This document shows positions 38,699 through 47,223 of a stretch of 64,000 nt of DNA, one piece after another. This stretch comes from Sulfurospirillum sp. (GTDB taxonomy: Bacteria > Campylobacterota > Campylobacteria > Campylobacterales > Sulfurospirillaceae). Every line of letters starts with the position of its first letter. Within the stretch, counting starts at the first letter, position 1. Position numbers and translations under genes: made by a program. The notes below the pieces were generated by a model. It did not search any database. It saw only the letters and a list, made by a program, of their open reading frames with translations, and was not told the origin of the DNA. Where the stretch lies: the NCBI GenBank assembly GCA_045047115.1, contig JASFYR010000010.1:85457-149456 (forward strand). Direction: 5' to 3'.

Positions 38699-40106
38699 TT
38701 TCAAATACGAATCTCAAAAACTAGGAAGTTGGTATTTTACAGTTGCTGTTATACTTTTTGGTGCTCAACTTGTTTTTGGCTTAGTATCTGCTATCCAATT
38801 TATCTATCCATCATTTTTATATGATATCCTTGACTTTTCAATCACTAGAATAGTGCATATAAATGCACTTGTTGTTTGGATGTTATATGCTATAATTGGT
38901 TCAGTTTACTATCTTTTGCCCGACGAAACAGGCATAGAGACAGTTGGTATCGGCATAGGAAAACTACTGTTTTGGGTACTCACTTTAGCCGTTACTGTTG
39001 TAGTTTTAGTCTATATCTTTATACAGGTAGGACCTGCAAATCAAACAACAATTTGGCTAATCACTGAGGGTAGAGAGTATATAGAGGCTCCAAGATGGGC
39101 TGATATAGGTATAGTTGTAGTAGTTGTGGGCTTTTTGGTAAACACTTTCTTGACTTCCATTAAAGGTAGGAGAACAGGAATCATGACTGTAATCCTCTCA
39201 GACATGATAGCCCTTGCGGGTCTATATCTGGCAGGTATGTACTTTACTGACAATATCTCAATGGATCAATACTGGTGGTGGTGGGTTATACACCTTTGGG
39301 TTGAAGCTACTTGGGAAGTTATGGTTGGTGCACTTGCTGCATATGCTCTTATAAAAGTAGTTGATGCAAAACGAGAGATAGTTGAGATGTGGCTTTGGAT
39401 AGAGGTTGCCATGCTCTTTGGATCAGGAATACTGGGCTTAGGTCACCACTACTTCTGGATAGGAACACCTGAGTATTGGTGGGAAATCGGTGCTTTATTT
39501 AGTGCACTAGAGCCATTGCCACTTATTGGTATGTTTGTACATGTATTGTATGACTGGGGTAAAGAGAAAGGCAAAAAAGAGCATACGGGAGTTGATACAT
39601 CATCGAACAATACTCCGGCTCTTATATGGTTGGTTTCAAATGGATTCGGAAACTTCTTGGGTGCCGGTATCTGGGGATTTTTTCATACATTGCCTCAGGT
39701 AAATATCTATACTCACGGAACCCAGTTTACAGCAGCTCACGGACACCTTGCATTTTTCGGTGCGTATGCTACTATACTGATAGCGATGTTCTACATGGCG
39801 ATTCAGGGCAAATACGGCATCAAAAAGCTAAGAGCAACATTTGACTCAAAGATGGCAATATTTCTCATATCATTTGGCGTGATTGGGATGACAATCGCTC
39901 TGACAATCGCCGGATACGAGCAGGTTCTTATAGAAAGAGCTCAACTAGGCGCTACCTGGAATGCATTTTTCCTAGCTCAAAACCAAACATGGATGGCGCA
40001 AGCTATGGATTGGCGACTCATCATGGGTGTAGTAACAACAGTCGGATTTTTCTATCTAGTAAAAGATTTATTAACTATCAGTAAAAATCCCAACAATGTA
40101 AGATAA
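38682..40106 (+). CDS. norB: Nitric oxide reductase subunit B (cNOR)
   Basis: GREYIE, HLWVEATWE, GHHYFW, HGHLAFFG. Confidence 0.97.
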   Translation: MQGQSNFKYESQKLGSWYFTVAVILFGAQLVFGLVSAIQFIYPSFLYDILDFSITRIVHINALVVWMLYAIIGSVYYLLPDETGIETVGIGIGKLLFWVLTLAVTVVVLVYIFIQVGPANQTTIWLITEGREYIEAPRWADIGIVVVVVGFLVNTFLTSIKGRRTGIMTVILSDMIALAGLYLAGMYFTDNISMDQYWWWWVIHLWVEATWEVMVGALAAYALIKVVDAKREIVEMWLWIEVAMLFGSGILGLGHHYFWIGTPEYWWEIGALFSALEPLPLIGMFVHVLYDWGKEKGKKEHTGVDTSSNNTPALIWLVSNGFGNFLGAGIWGFFHTLPQVNIYTHGTQFTAAHGHLAFFGAYATILIAMFYMAIQGKYGIKKLRATFDSKMAIFLISFGVIGMTIALTIAGYEQVLIERAQLGATWNAFFLAQNQTWMAQAMDWRLIMGVVTTVGFFYLVKDLLTISKNPNNVR

Positions 40107-40116
40107 AGGAGTAGAT

Positions 40117-40269
40117 ATGTTTGAAACATTTACAGATGTAAATCATAGTTTTTTCGGATTTTTAAATCAAGGTCCGTTAACTCTGACTATTTTTCTTCAT
40201 ACATTGATTGTACTTCCAATGTTTTGGATATACTTTCAGGAGAAAAAGAGATTAGAGAGAGAAGACTAG
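40117..40269 (+). CDS. 50-aa single-TM protein following norB (absent from the ORF track)
   Basis: AAGGAG SD; MFETFTDVNHSFFGFLNQGPLTLTIFLHTLIVLPMFWIYFQEKKRLERED*; terminator follows. Confidence 0.75.
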   Translation: MFETFTDVNHSFFGFLNQGPLTLTIFLHTLIVLPMFWIYFQEKKRLERED

Positions 40270-40274
40270 AGAGA

Positions 40275-40310
40275 TTTTATGGGTGTTGGTTTACATCAAC
40301 ACCCATAAAA
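40275..40310. terminator. Hairpin between convergent genes
   Basis: TTTTATGGGTGTTG-N8-CAACACCCATAAAA. Confidence 0.7.
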
Positions 40311-40313
40311 AAT

Positions 40314-40685
40314 TTAAATTCCAAAGAATTTGCGTACAAAATCAACCTGTTTTTTATTTTTCAACTTAAAAGACTTTACAATTTTTTTGTTTTTATCCCG
40401 AATAGACAATACGAAACCATCAATACTCAAATATGTTTTTCCCCACTGCTTCTCAAGCTTGTCCAATCTCTTATAAACCATATCATTAGGAGGCTTCTCT
40501 TTTGTTCCTGTTCTTGTATCTACTATAGTTAATCCACCAAGTCTTTTTTCCAACCTATATGGCATATATGGTGCAATCAAATTCATAACTTCTCTATTTT
40601 TTGTCTCCGGCATAGCATTATTAAAAGCTACAAAACTCAAAAAAACAAATACAAAAATCAAACCTATAAAAGTAACTCTGCTCAT
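40314..40685 (-). CDS. Hypothetical exported or membrane-anchored protein
   Basis: AGGA SD, N-terminal hydrophobic helix. Confidence 0.7.
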   Translation of the reverse strand: MSRVTFIGLIFVFVFLSFVAFNNAMPETKNREVMNLIAPYMPYRLEKRLGGLTIVDTRTGTKEKPPNDMVYKRLDKLEKQWGKTYLSIDGFVLSIRDKNKKIVKSFKLKNKKQVDFVRKFFGI

Positions 40686-40749
40686 GAAATTCCTTTATAT
40701 AAACATAAATACCAATTTTAATTATAACATAAATTTTATTTATAAAACT

Positions 40750-40763
40750 TTGATACTTGTCAA
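40750..40763 (+). promoter_or_regulatory. Nss/Dnr box
   Basis: TTGAT-ACTT-GTCAA, 22 nt before TAGAAT (40786). Confidence 0.8.
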
Positions 40764-40826
40764 TGAAATTTTAGTAAAAATAGTGTAGAATAAATTAATG
40801 ACTTTAAAAACAGTGGAGGTGATATT

Positions 40827-41198
40827 ATGATGAATTTTTTTGAATTAGAGATGGGATATATAGTTATAGCTATCTTTTTTCTTGTTGTTACTGTGATTGT
40901 CACAACAAGAAGTTTTATGCCACGCATTGCTTTTAAGCGAGGTATGACAATAGTGAGTATCATACTTATAGCATTTGTCATGCTTCACTATTACATCACC
41001 ACAAAAAGGATGCATATGATATCAAATGAATTTAATAGCGGAAAAACAATTCTCTGCGAAAACAGAGGGACGCTAAAGGGGAATCAATCCGTAATCATCA
41101 GTAAAAAGGCTAGCTGGACTTTGAAAGATGGAATTTTTACAAATCCTGATTTTTACAGAGGTTTCCATAGCGCAAGATGCGCTGTGTCTTTGAGGTAG
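40827..41198 (+). CDS. 2-TM hypothetical protein
   Basis: GGAGG SD; two TM helices plus a small domain with two Cys. Confidence 0.75.
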   Translation: MMNFFELEMGYIVIAIFFLVVTVIVTTRSFMPRIAFKRGMTIVSIILIAFVMLHYYITTKRMHMISNEFNSGKTILCENRGTLKGNQSVIISKKASWTLKDGIFTNPDFYRGFHSARCAVSLR

Positions 41199-41202
41199 CA
41201 AT

Positions 41203-42204
41203 ATGACTAAAGAGATACTTTCGATAATACAAAAAAACTTTCCTTTGACATCCAGACCCTTCAAAGAAATAGGAAAAAACCTAAATATAAGCGAAAATGA
41301 AGTATTAAAAATTCTACAAGAACAAAAAGAAGCAGGAATTATTCGTCAAACTTCTGGCATATTTGACACAAAAAGACTAGGATACAACTCTTCTCTTGTT
41401 GCCTTCAAAATCTCAAAAGAAAAGATTGATAAAGCTGTTGAGATTCTAAACTCACATCCGGGCATATCTCACAATTACGAAAGAAACCATGACTTTAATA
41501 TCTGGTTTACTATAGCAGTAGAGCCGGACAGTTCACTTGGTCTTAAAGGAACAGTTGAGCTTTTGGCAACTTTATGTAAAGCCCAAGACTTCATCATTTT
41601 GCCAACACTGAAGCTTTTTAAAATATCGGTTAAACTGAATATTACAGGTAAAGACAAACAAAAAGAGAGAGTCAAAAAAGTCAAACATAAAGAGATGAAA
41701 TTAACACCTCTTCATTATAAAATCATTAAAGCTCTACAATACGACATCAAGATTATCTCTGAGCCGTTTAAAGAGATAACAGACAAACTAGATATCAGCT
41801 ATGAACAACTTTTTGGGACTCTTAAAGAGTTAAAAGATACAGGATTCATGAGAAGGTTTGCCTCAATTTTAAACCATAGAAAAGCCGGATTCAATGCAAA
41901 TGCAATGGTAGTTTGGGATGTAGATGAGAGAGACAGTGAAAAGATTGGAGATATTGCAGCTTCATTTAGCGCTGTGAGCCACTGTTACCTGCGTCCAAAA
42001 TACCCTAATTGGCCGTATAATCTCTTTACAATGATTCATGGAAAAACAAAAGAAGAGACAAGTAAAACCATCAATGACATTTCCAAAGAAATCAACTCTA
42101 AATCGCACATACCTCTATACTCTACAAGAGAATTTAAAAAAGTCAGAATTGAATATTTTACTGATGCTTTCAAAATCTGGGAAAAACAATACATAAAAAA
42201 TTGA
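41203..42204 (+). CDS. Fused siroheme decarboxylase (NirDL/GH, AhbA-AhbB type)
   Basis: Two Lrp-like halves: SHNYER...NIWFT and SHCYLRP...YNLFTMIHG. Confidence 0.92.
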   Translation: MTKEILSIIQKNFPLTSRPFKEIGKNLNISENEVLKILQEQKEAGIIRQTSGIFDTKRLGYNSSLVAFKISKEKIDKAVEILNSHPGISHNYERNHDFNIWFTIAVEPDSSLGLKGTVELLATLCKAQDFIILPTLKLFKISVKLNITGKDKQKERVKKVKHKEMKLTPLHYKIIKALQYDIKIISEPFKEITDKLDISYEQLFGTLKELKDTGFMRRFASILNHRKAGFNANAMVVWDVDERDSEKIGDIAASFSAVSHCYLRPKYPNWPYNLFTMIHGKTKEETSKTINDISKEINSKSHIPLYSTREFKKVRIEYFTDAFKIWEKQYIKN

Positions 42205-42214
42205 CATAAGTCAA
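42201..42214 (+). promoter_or_regulatory. Nss/Dnr box upstream of the gNOR-like operon
   Basis: TTGAC-ATAA-GTCAA overlapping the upstream stop codon; 22 nt before TATAAT (42237). Confidence 0.85.
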
Positions 42215-42270
42215 CAATTTTATAAAATTCTTAAGATATAATACTTATAAATTTTATAAGGAGGACAAAT

Positions 42271-42861
42271 ATGACATTTGCGAGTTCGATAGAGTTGCTT
42301 AGGTTTCATAATGTTGCTTACACTATCTATGCATTTTTGATTATATCAATTATAGCATGGTTCGGGTACAACCTTACGAAAGCAAAGAAAGCTAATTCAT
42401 TGGTTAGAATTCCATTTTATGCATATATTGCGTTTTTGGTTATAGGCGGTGTGGGGCATCACATCTTTACATACAATACGATACCTTGGGTATCAGAGGA
42501 TATAAGTAGGGATCACATAAAAGCTGATCAAACTTTTAATTTTGAGATTAAGAATCACAAATGGATACTTCCAAAAGAGAAGATAAATATCAAATGTGGT
42601 CAAAAGGTAATGTTCAAGGTAAAAAGCGATGATTTGACATATGGTTTTGGTCTTTTTAGACAAAATGGAACAATGGCTATGCAAATGCAAGTAGATCCTG
42701 GCTCGCCAAACGAAATACTATGGACATTTAACCACAATGGAGTTTTTGATTTAACTTCAACTGAATATTCCGGTCCTGCACAATACGATGAAGAGGGAAA
42801 TGATTTGATGAAAGTAAAAAAACTAATTAGAGTAACAGGATGCACAGGAGGTCAAAAATGA
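42271..42861 (+). CDS. Heme-copper superfamily subunit II lacking CuA ligands
   Basis: Two TM helices plus cupredoxin fold; SDDLTYGF and STEYSG replace SxDVxHG and CxExCG. Confidence 0.88.
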   Translation: MTFASSIELLRFHNVAYTIYAFLIISIIAWFGYNLTKAKKANSLVRIPFYAYIAFLVIGGVGHHIFTYNTIPWVSEDISRDHIKADQTFNFEIKNHKWILPKEKINIKCGQKVMFKVKSDDLTYGFGLFRQNGTMAMQMQVDPGSPNEILWTFNHNGVFDLTSTEYSGPAQYDEEGNDLMKVKKLIRVTGCTGGQK

Positions 42862-44507
42862 GTTTTGCAAAAACTTTAATTGGTGGAACAAATTTTAATC
42901 ACCACAGTCTGAATGCTCTTCAAAAAGTAACATTAAGAGCTGTTGTTATGGCATTTCTATTTTTTGGTCTTACTGCAACTGAAGGTATGATTATGAGAAT
43001 GGTAGTTACCGGATCCGCAAATCCACTGCCTGAGATGTTTTCACATCCTGCACACTACTTTTCTATCATGACAGTACACCCTATAGTCGGTATATTTGGC
43101 TCTACTTATCAGTTGGTATTTGCTGCTTTTATGTTTTTGGTTCCTTTTCTAACAAAAAAACCATTATATAGCGTCAAATTGGCAAATGCTGTTTGGCTTC
43201 TCATTACAATCGGTACAGCTTTGGCTTGGTTGGCAGCATTCTTTTCACACTATGCTCCATTATATACACTATATTGGCCACTACCTGCCGATACAACACA
43301 GTTTAATGTCATAGGCGGTATAGTATTTATAACTGGCATAGCGCTTATCATGGTTGGTACTTTGGGATTTATTTACAATATCTATGCAACCATATTTGCT
43401 CGTGTCGGTGTTCATAAAAATAAAACTACAAAAGAGTTACTGATCTCAGGTTTTGGAATAGACGGTATGCTCAATATCTGGCACAAAATCACTGGACGAC
43501 CTCCTTATTCAAAAGAGCCTGCTCTTGCACTTCCTGTTGTTGCTATCTTTAGAGGAACAGTAGATACATTTCTAGACGCTCTTGTTATTCTTGGGGCTGG
43601 AGTATTGGTTTTAATTTATCTGATAGCTGATGCTGGCGGATTAAGCTTGGATGTAACTACGATAAATGCTCTCTTATATAAAAACTTTTTCTGGTGGGGG
43701 CTTGACTTGGTCGCCGATGGTTTGGTTCTTATTTATGTTGCCGGATCTTGGTATTTGCTTGCATCTCTAATCACAGGACAAAAATTGTTCATGGAAAATG
43801 TAGCAAGAGCTGCTCTTATGCTGGAACTTCTTGTCTCTTGGATGGTTTGGTCTCACCACCTGCTAGCCGACCAGGCACAACCAGAGATGATGAAACTAAT
43901 CTCAGGTGAGATGGTTACAGCTTTTGAGCTTCTTACTCAAGGCTTGGCACTGTTTATCACTTTGGTTACTCTATGGAAGGCAAGACCACTTAAAATGACT
44001 ATGGAGCTCAAGTATTTACTTGGCGGACTGGTTGGATTCGGCCTGGCAGTTCCTGCTGCGATTATCCAAGCGGATATGGGTATGAACAGAGTCCTACACA
44101 ATACTCAATGGATCATCTTTGCGCATGTTCATATAGCTCTTATAGTTGGACTATATATGACTCTGTACAGTGCTGTATATGTTCTATGGCCGATCGTAAC
44201 AAATGGTACCAAAATGTACTCGCACAAGCTTTCAAACATACACTTCTGGCTACACCTCATAGGTGGTATAGGAATGGGAGCATTTGCCGGTATGGCAGGG
44301 CTTGATGGTATGCTTCGTCGTCACCTATATGTTCACGGCGAATTTAACAATCTGATGATTTTGGCTGCGATTTGTGGCTCTATGGTACTTATCGCCTGGG
44401 CTTTGTTTTTGTTTAATATAATTATGTCAGTAGGTATTAAAGGACTTATTGGTATATTTTTACCTGCAAAAGACAAAACTGCAAGTTATGGAATAGAAGA
44501 AGAATAA
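42858..44507 (+). CDS. Heme-copper superfamily subunit I, gNOR-like
   Basis: MTVHP, WSHHL, AHVH, GMLRR; helix VI FWWGLDLVADG has Asp where His is canonical; AGGAGG SD before ATG 42858. Confidence 0.85.
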   Translation: MSFAKTLIGGTNFNHHSLNALQKVTLRAVVMAFLFFGLTATEGMIMRMVVTGSANPLPEMFSHPAHYFSIMTVHPIVGIFGSTYQLVFAAFMFLVPFLTKKPLYSVKLANAVWLLITIGTALAWLAAFFSHYAPLYTLYWPLPADTTQFNVIGGIVFITGIALIMVGTLGFIYNIYATIFARVGVHKNKTTKELLISGFGIDGMLNIWHKITGRPPYSKEPALALPVVAIFRGTVDTFLDALVILGAGVLVLIYLIADAGGLSLDVTTINALLYKNFFWWGLDLVADGLVLIYVAGSWYLLASLITGQKLFMENVARAALMLELLVSWMVWSHHLLADQAQPEMMKLISGEMVTAFELLTQGLALFITLVTLWKARPLKMTMELKYLLGGLVGFGLAVPAAIIQADMGMNRVLHNTQWIIFAHVHIALIVGLYMTLYSAVYVLWPIVTNGTKMYSHKLSNIHFWLHLIGGIGMGAFAGMAGLDGMLRRHLYVHGEFNNLMILAAICGSMVLIAWALFLFNIIMSVGIKGLIGIFLPAKDKTASYGIEEE

Positions 44508-44513
44508 AATAAA

Positions 44514-44534
44514 AGGGGAGCCAAGTGCTCCCTT
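44514..44534 (+). terminator. Hairpin after the gNOR-like operon
   Basis: GGGAGC-CAAGT-GCTCCC. Confidence 0.6.
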
Positions 44535-44549
44535 CCTTAAAGAGCAATA

Positions 44550-44819
44550 ATTGCTCCACTGGCTAGATACACCAATTTTTGATGTTTTATTTTTGTTCAT
44601 AGACGAGACAGATTTTTGCTGGCTTAGCAAGAGCTAAGTCAAAGAAATCTAACGAAGTATATGGGCAAAACTAAAACACCCAAAGGGAAAATAGATATAG
44701 GGCAATCTTTGAATATAAAAATTATCAAATTAGCAAATGCCGGTCCTTCAAATTTTTTTATTTAAATCTCACCCTATCTCTGTTTTTCAAAAGTTGGTGT
44801 ATCTAGCCAGTGGAGCAAT
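44550..44819. mobile_element. MITE-like element with 33-bp terminal inverted repeats
   Basis: ATTGCTCCACTGGCTAGATACACCAATTTTTGA (44550-44582) vs 44787-44819, one mismatch; GAGCAATAAT direct repeat at 44542-44551 and 44813-44822; no transposase. Confidence 0.75.
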
Positions 44820-44820
44820 A

Positions 44821-45426
44821 ATGACAAATTTACAAAGAGTTGCTAAAGAGATAAAAGATGTAGGTCTATATGATTTAATCTTACAAGATGTTCAAAAGCT
44901 AGCAGGCAAAAGAAAATTGAGCATGGAAGAGATTTTAGACATTATGCAAAAAAATCCTCAAATACTGGAGGAGTATAAGCAGGTAAATATTGAGTACAAC
45001 CTAAGCAATATTCACATAGACAAAGTAGAAAAATCAAACATAAACGAAGAATATCATCAAAAGATAGAAACAATCAACCAAAACTTAAAAAAAATCAAAG
45101 AAATAGAAAAATATACACTCGATTTTGAACACAGCTCAACTCTGGTGATTATATTTTCAATAGAGTTTTTTGTACTCTTTTCGGTTCAGTATTTTATAGT
45201 TTTACTTGATTTAAAAGAGTGGCAACTGTGGATTTACGGACTCTTTGCAAGCTCAATACTGTGGGCTTGGCTATATGCAAAAAAACAGAAAAAGCTATAT
45301 ATTAAGAACTCTAAAAAATTTAACGAATTGTACAAAGAAACAAAATCTCTTTTAGATGATTTAGAAGATAAAAATGTCCTAAAAAGAAGCGAGATATACA
45401 AAAATCTGAGCGAAGAACATGTCTAA
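44821..45426 (+). CDS. Hypothetical membrane protein
   Basis: Start reassigned to ATG 44821 (the upstream part of the track ORF lies inside the MITE); two TM helices. Confidence 0.75.
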   Translation: MTNLQRVAKEIKDVGLYDLILQDVQKLAGKRKLSMEEILDIMQKNPQILEEYKQVNIEYNLSNIHIDKVEKSNINEEYHQKIETINQNLKKIKEIEKYTLDFEHSSTLVIIFSIEFFVLFSVQYFIVLLDLKEWQLWIYGLFASSILWAWLYAKKQKKLYIKNSKKFNELYKETKSLLDDLEDKNVLKRSEIYKNLSEEHV

Positions 45427-45955
45427 AGAGATAGTTTTAAGCTACCGTTGGACTAAAGAGATTTATATGCAGGCAGGAGAGTTTGCATACGACTTTAAGA
45501 TGAATCACACACCCAAAAAATATATGGGCTGGTTTTTCATAGCTTTATTACAATTTGGCGTTGTTGGAGCTTTACTAAAAGGAACTTTGGCAATACTGCT
45601 CTTTTCAACAATTTTACTGATTTACTGGTACTATATAAAAAAGAGGATAGAGAAATCCTTACTTCTAAAAAATTTTGACAGGGAAGAGGATGCAAATAAA
45701 ATACTTGACATTATTATAAACAAAGAGCACATCAGTATCAATAATAAAAAAATTCTATGGAGCGATATAACACAAATCATATCCGGTGAAAGAGGTTATC
45801 TTCTTGACCACATAGACGGTTTTCTTTTTTTTCCGGCAAATGCCTTTAAAAAAGAAGAAGACAAAACAGAGTTTATAGAGTTTGCCAAGAAAAACGGTAT
45901 CCACATCCAAAGAATTCAAAAATCTACAAATCAACCTTTGATAAAAACCACGTAA
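45419..45955 (+). CDS. YcxB-like membrane protein
   Basis: Two TM helices then W.DI...FFPANAF C-terminal domain. Confidence 0.65.
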   Translation: MSKEIVLSYRWTKEIYMQAGEFAYDFKMNHTPKKYMGWFFIALLQFGVVGALLKGTLAILLFSTILLIYWYYIKKRIEKSLLLKNFDREEDANKILDIIINKEHISINNKKILWSDITQIISGERGYLLDHIDGFLFFPANAFKKEEDKTEFIEFAKKNGIHIQRIQKSTNQPLIKTT

Positions 45956-46748
45956 GACAAAGCAGATCAGCACTCCCGCCAGCAGATAAATTTTTCCCTA
46001 TCATCTCTTTATCAAATTTTATAAGTTTTTTATCTAAATTTTTTATATCGGCCTCATCTAAGAGAATTTTGGATTTAAGCCTGACAAACTTCATCGCACG
46101 CACCCCGCCTCTTGCAAAAATATTACTATCCGTTGCTCTACTCATGATAAATAACAAAGTCAGCTTTAGAGCTACATCTTCACCATACAACTGTTCCTGC
46201 TTGGCATAAAATGGAAGGCTGTATTGAAAGACCAAAGGATATCCGTTTTGCGCCTCATCTCTTATACCGGCATATTTTGTCTCTTTAAACAGTCTTTCTC
46301 CGCTTGTGGTTACTCTTGTGTTGTTTAGCAAATCCCGTTTAACCAGACCTTGGCAAATCTCTTTTATCTCGTTTTGCAACTGTTCATATCCAAAGGTCTG
46401 ATATCTTGCCTCCAGTCTCCCCAAAGCACCAAAAATCACAGCAAAAGAGAAAACTATACCCTTGTGAGTATTTACCCCTCCTGTTGCTAGATACATCTCT
46501 TTTTCGCACTCCTTGCCTATCTCCTTTAATCTCTGGAATAAAACTTTTCCCTCTACATGTAGAGCCTCTTTCCCACACACATAAAACCTTCGCATAAAAG
46601 GCTTTATAGCTCTTGAACTCTTATAAAAAGTATCTATGCTCATATCGCGATGAGAGCCGTTATTGTTTCTGTCAACAAGACCGGGTTTTGGAGTTAATTC
46701 AACCTCTTTTATGAGTGCTCTGTACACCAGTTCTTCAAATCTTTTCAT
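45924..46748 (-). CDS. citG: Triphosphoribosyl-dephospho-CoA synthase
   Basis: TPKPGLVD...GSHRDM, GVNTHKG, NLSAGGSADL; start placed at ATG 46748. Confidence 0.92.
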   Translation of the reverse strand: MKRFEELVYRALIKEVELTPKPGLVDRNNNGSHRDMSIDTFYKSSRAIKPFMRRFYVCGKEALHVEGKVLFQRLKEIGKECEKEMYLATGGVNTHKGIVFSFAVIFGALGRLEARYQTFGYEQLQNEIKEICQGLVKRDLLNNTRVTTSGERLFKETKYAGIRDEAQNGYPLVFQYSLPFYAKQEQLYGEDVALKLTLLFIMSRATDSNIFARGGVRAMKFVRLKSKILLDEADIKNLDKKLIKFDKEMIGKNLSAGGSADLLCLTWFLSKVDL

Positions 46749-47223
46749 ATGATTGAACTCTGTTATGTATAAAAAGCAGGAGCTCTTCAAGTGGGTGTTT
46801 TGCACTTCTTGCGCATATCTTTGCATCACAATCACATATAAAACAGACTCTTGAAGACATAAAAATATCTTTTCTGGTTATTTGTTTTTTATCGCGGGAT
46901 ATAACATCTATATCCATAAATCTTCCCAAGGGGTGTTTCTGTTCTATTTCTACAACTATCTTTTTAAGTTTTACCACATCTGCATCAATTGCGATTTGAG
47001 CTTCATAGCCACTTGAAACTTTAAATTTTTGTGTCTCTAAAATTTTTAGATTTGTTTTTGTAATTTCATCAAGTGCTGCATCAAAGATAATTCTTGCATC
47101 TTCGCTCAGTTTATTAAAACCAGGAATATTAATACTCAGACTAAGAATAGAAGAATTGAATTTATCTATCAACTCTTCTTGCCTTCTTACTCTTTCTTCT
47201 TTGCATCTAAGTATATTTTCTAT
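46735..47223 (-). CDS. citX: Citrate lyase holo-ACP synthase, probable non-canonical ATA start
   Basis: NIPG, HPLGRFMDIDV, RVCFICD...CARS.KH; conserved N-terminus extends in frame to ATA at 47223. Confidence 0.85.
   Translation of the reverse strand: MENILRCKEERVRRQEELIDKFNSSILSLSINIPGFNKLSEDARIIFDAALDEITKTNLKILETQKFKVSSGYEAQIAIDADVVKLKKIVVEIEQKHPLGRFMDIDVISRDKKQITRKDIFMSSRVCFICDCDAKICARSAKHPLEELLLFIHNRVQSYEKI

Noticed and set aside
40224..40532. 102-aa plus-strand ORF
   Set aside because: No SD, crosses a terminator and overlaps the better-supported 40117..40269 and 40314..40685 genes
42271..44507. Ordinary ba3/cbb3 oxidase, or a pseudogene
   Set aside because: Frames are intact with SDs; ligand changes are specific (His->Asp, Cys->Ser twice); no c-heme subunits
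44737..44820. N-terminal 28 codons of the 229-aa ORF
   Set aside because: Derived from the MITE-like element and its right TIR
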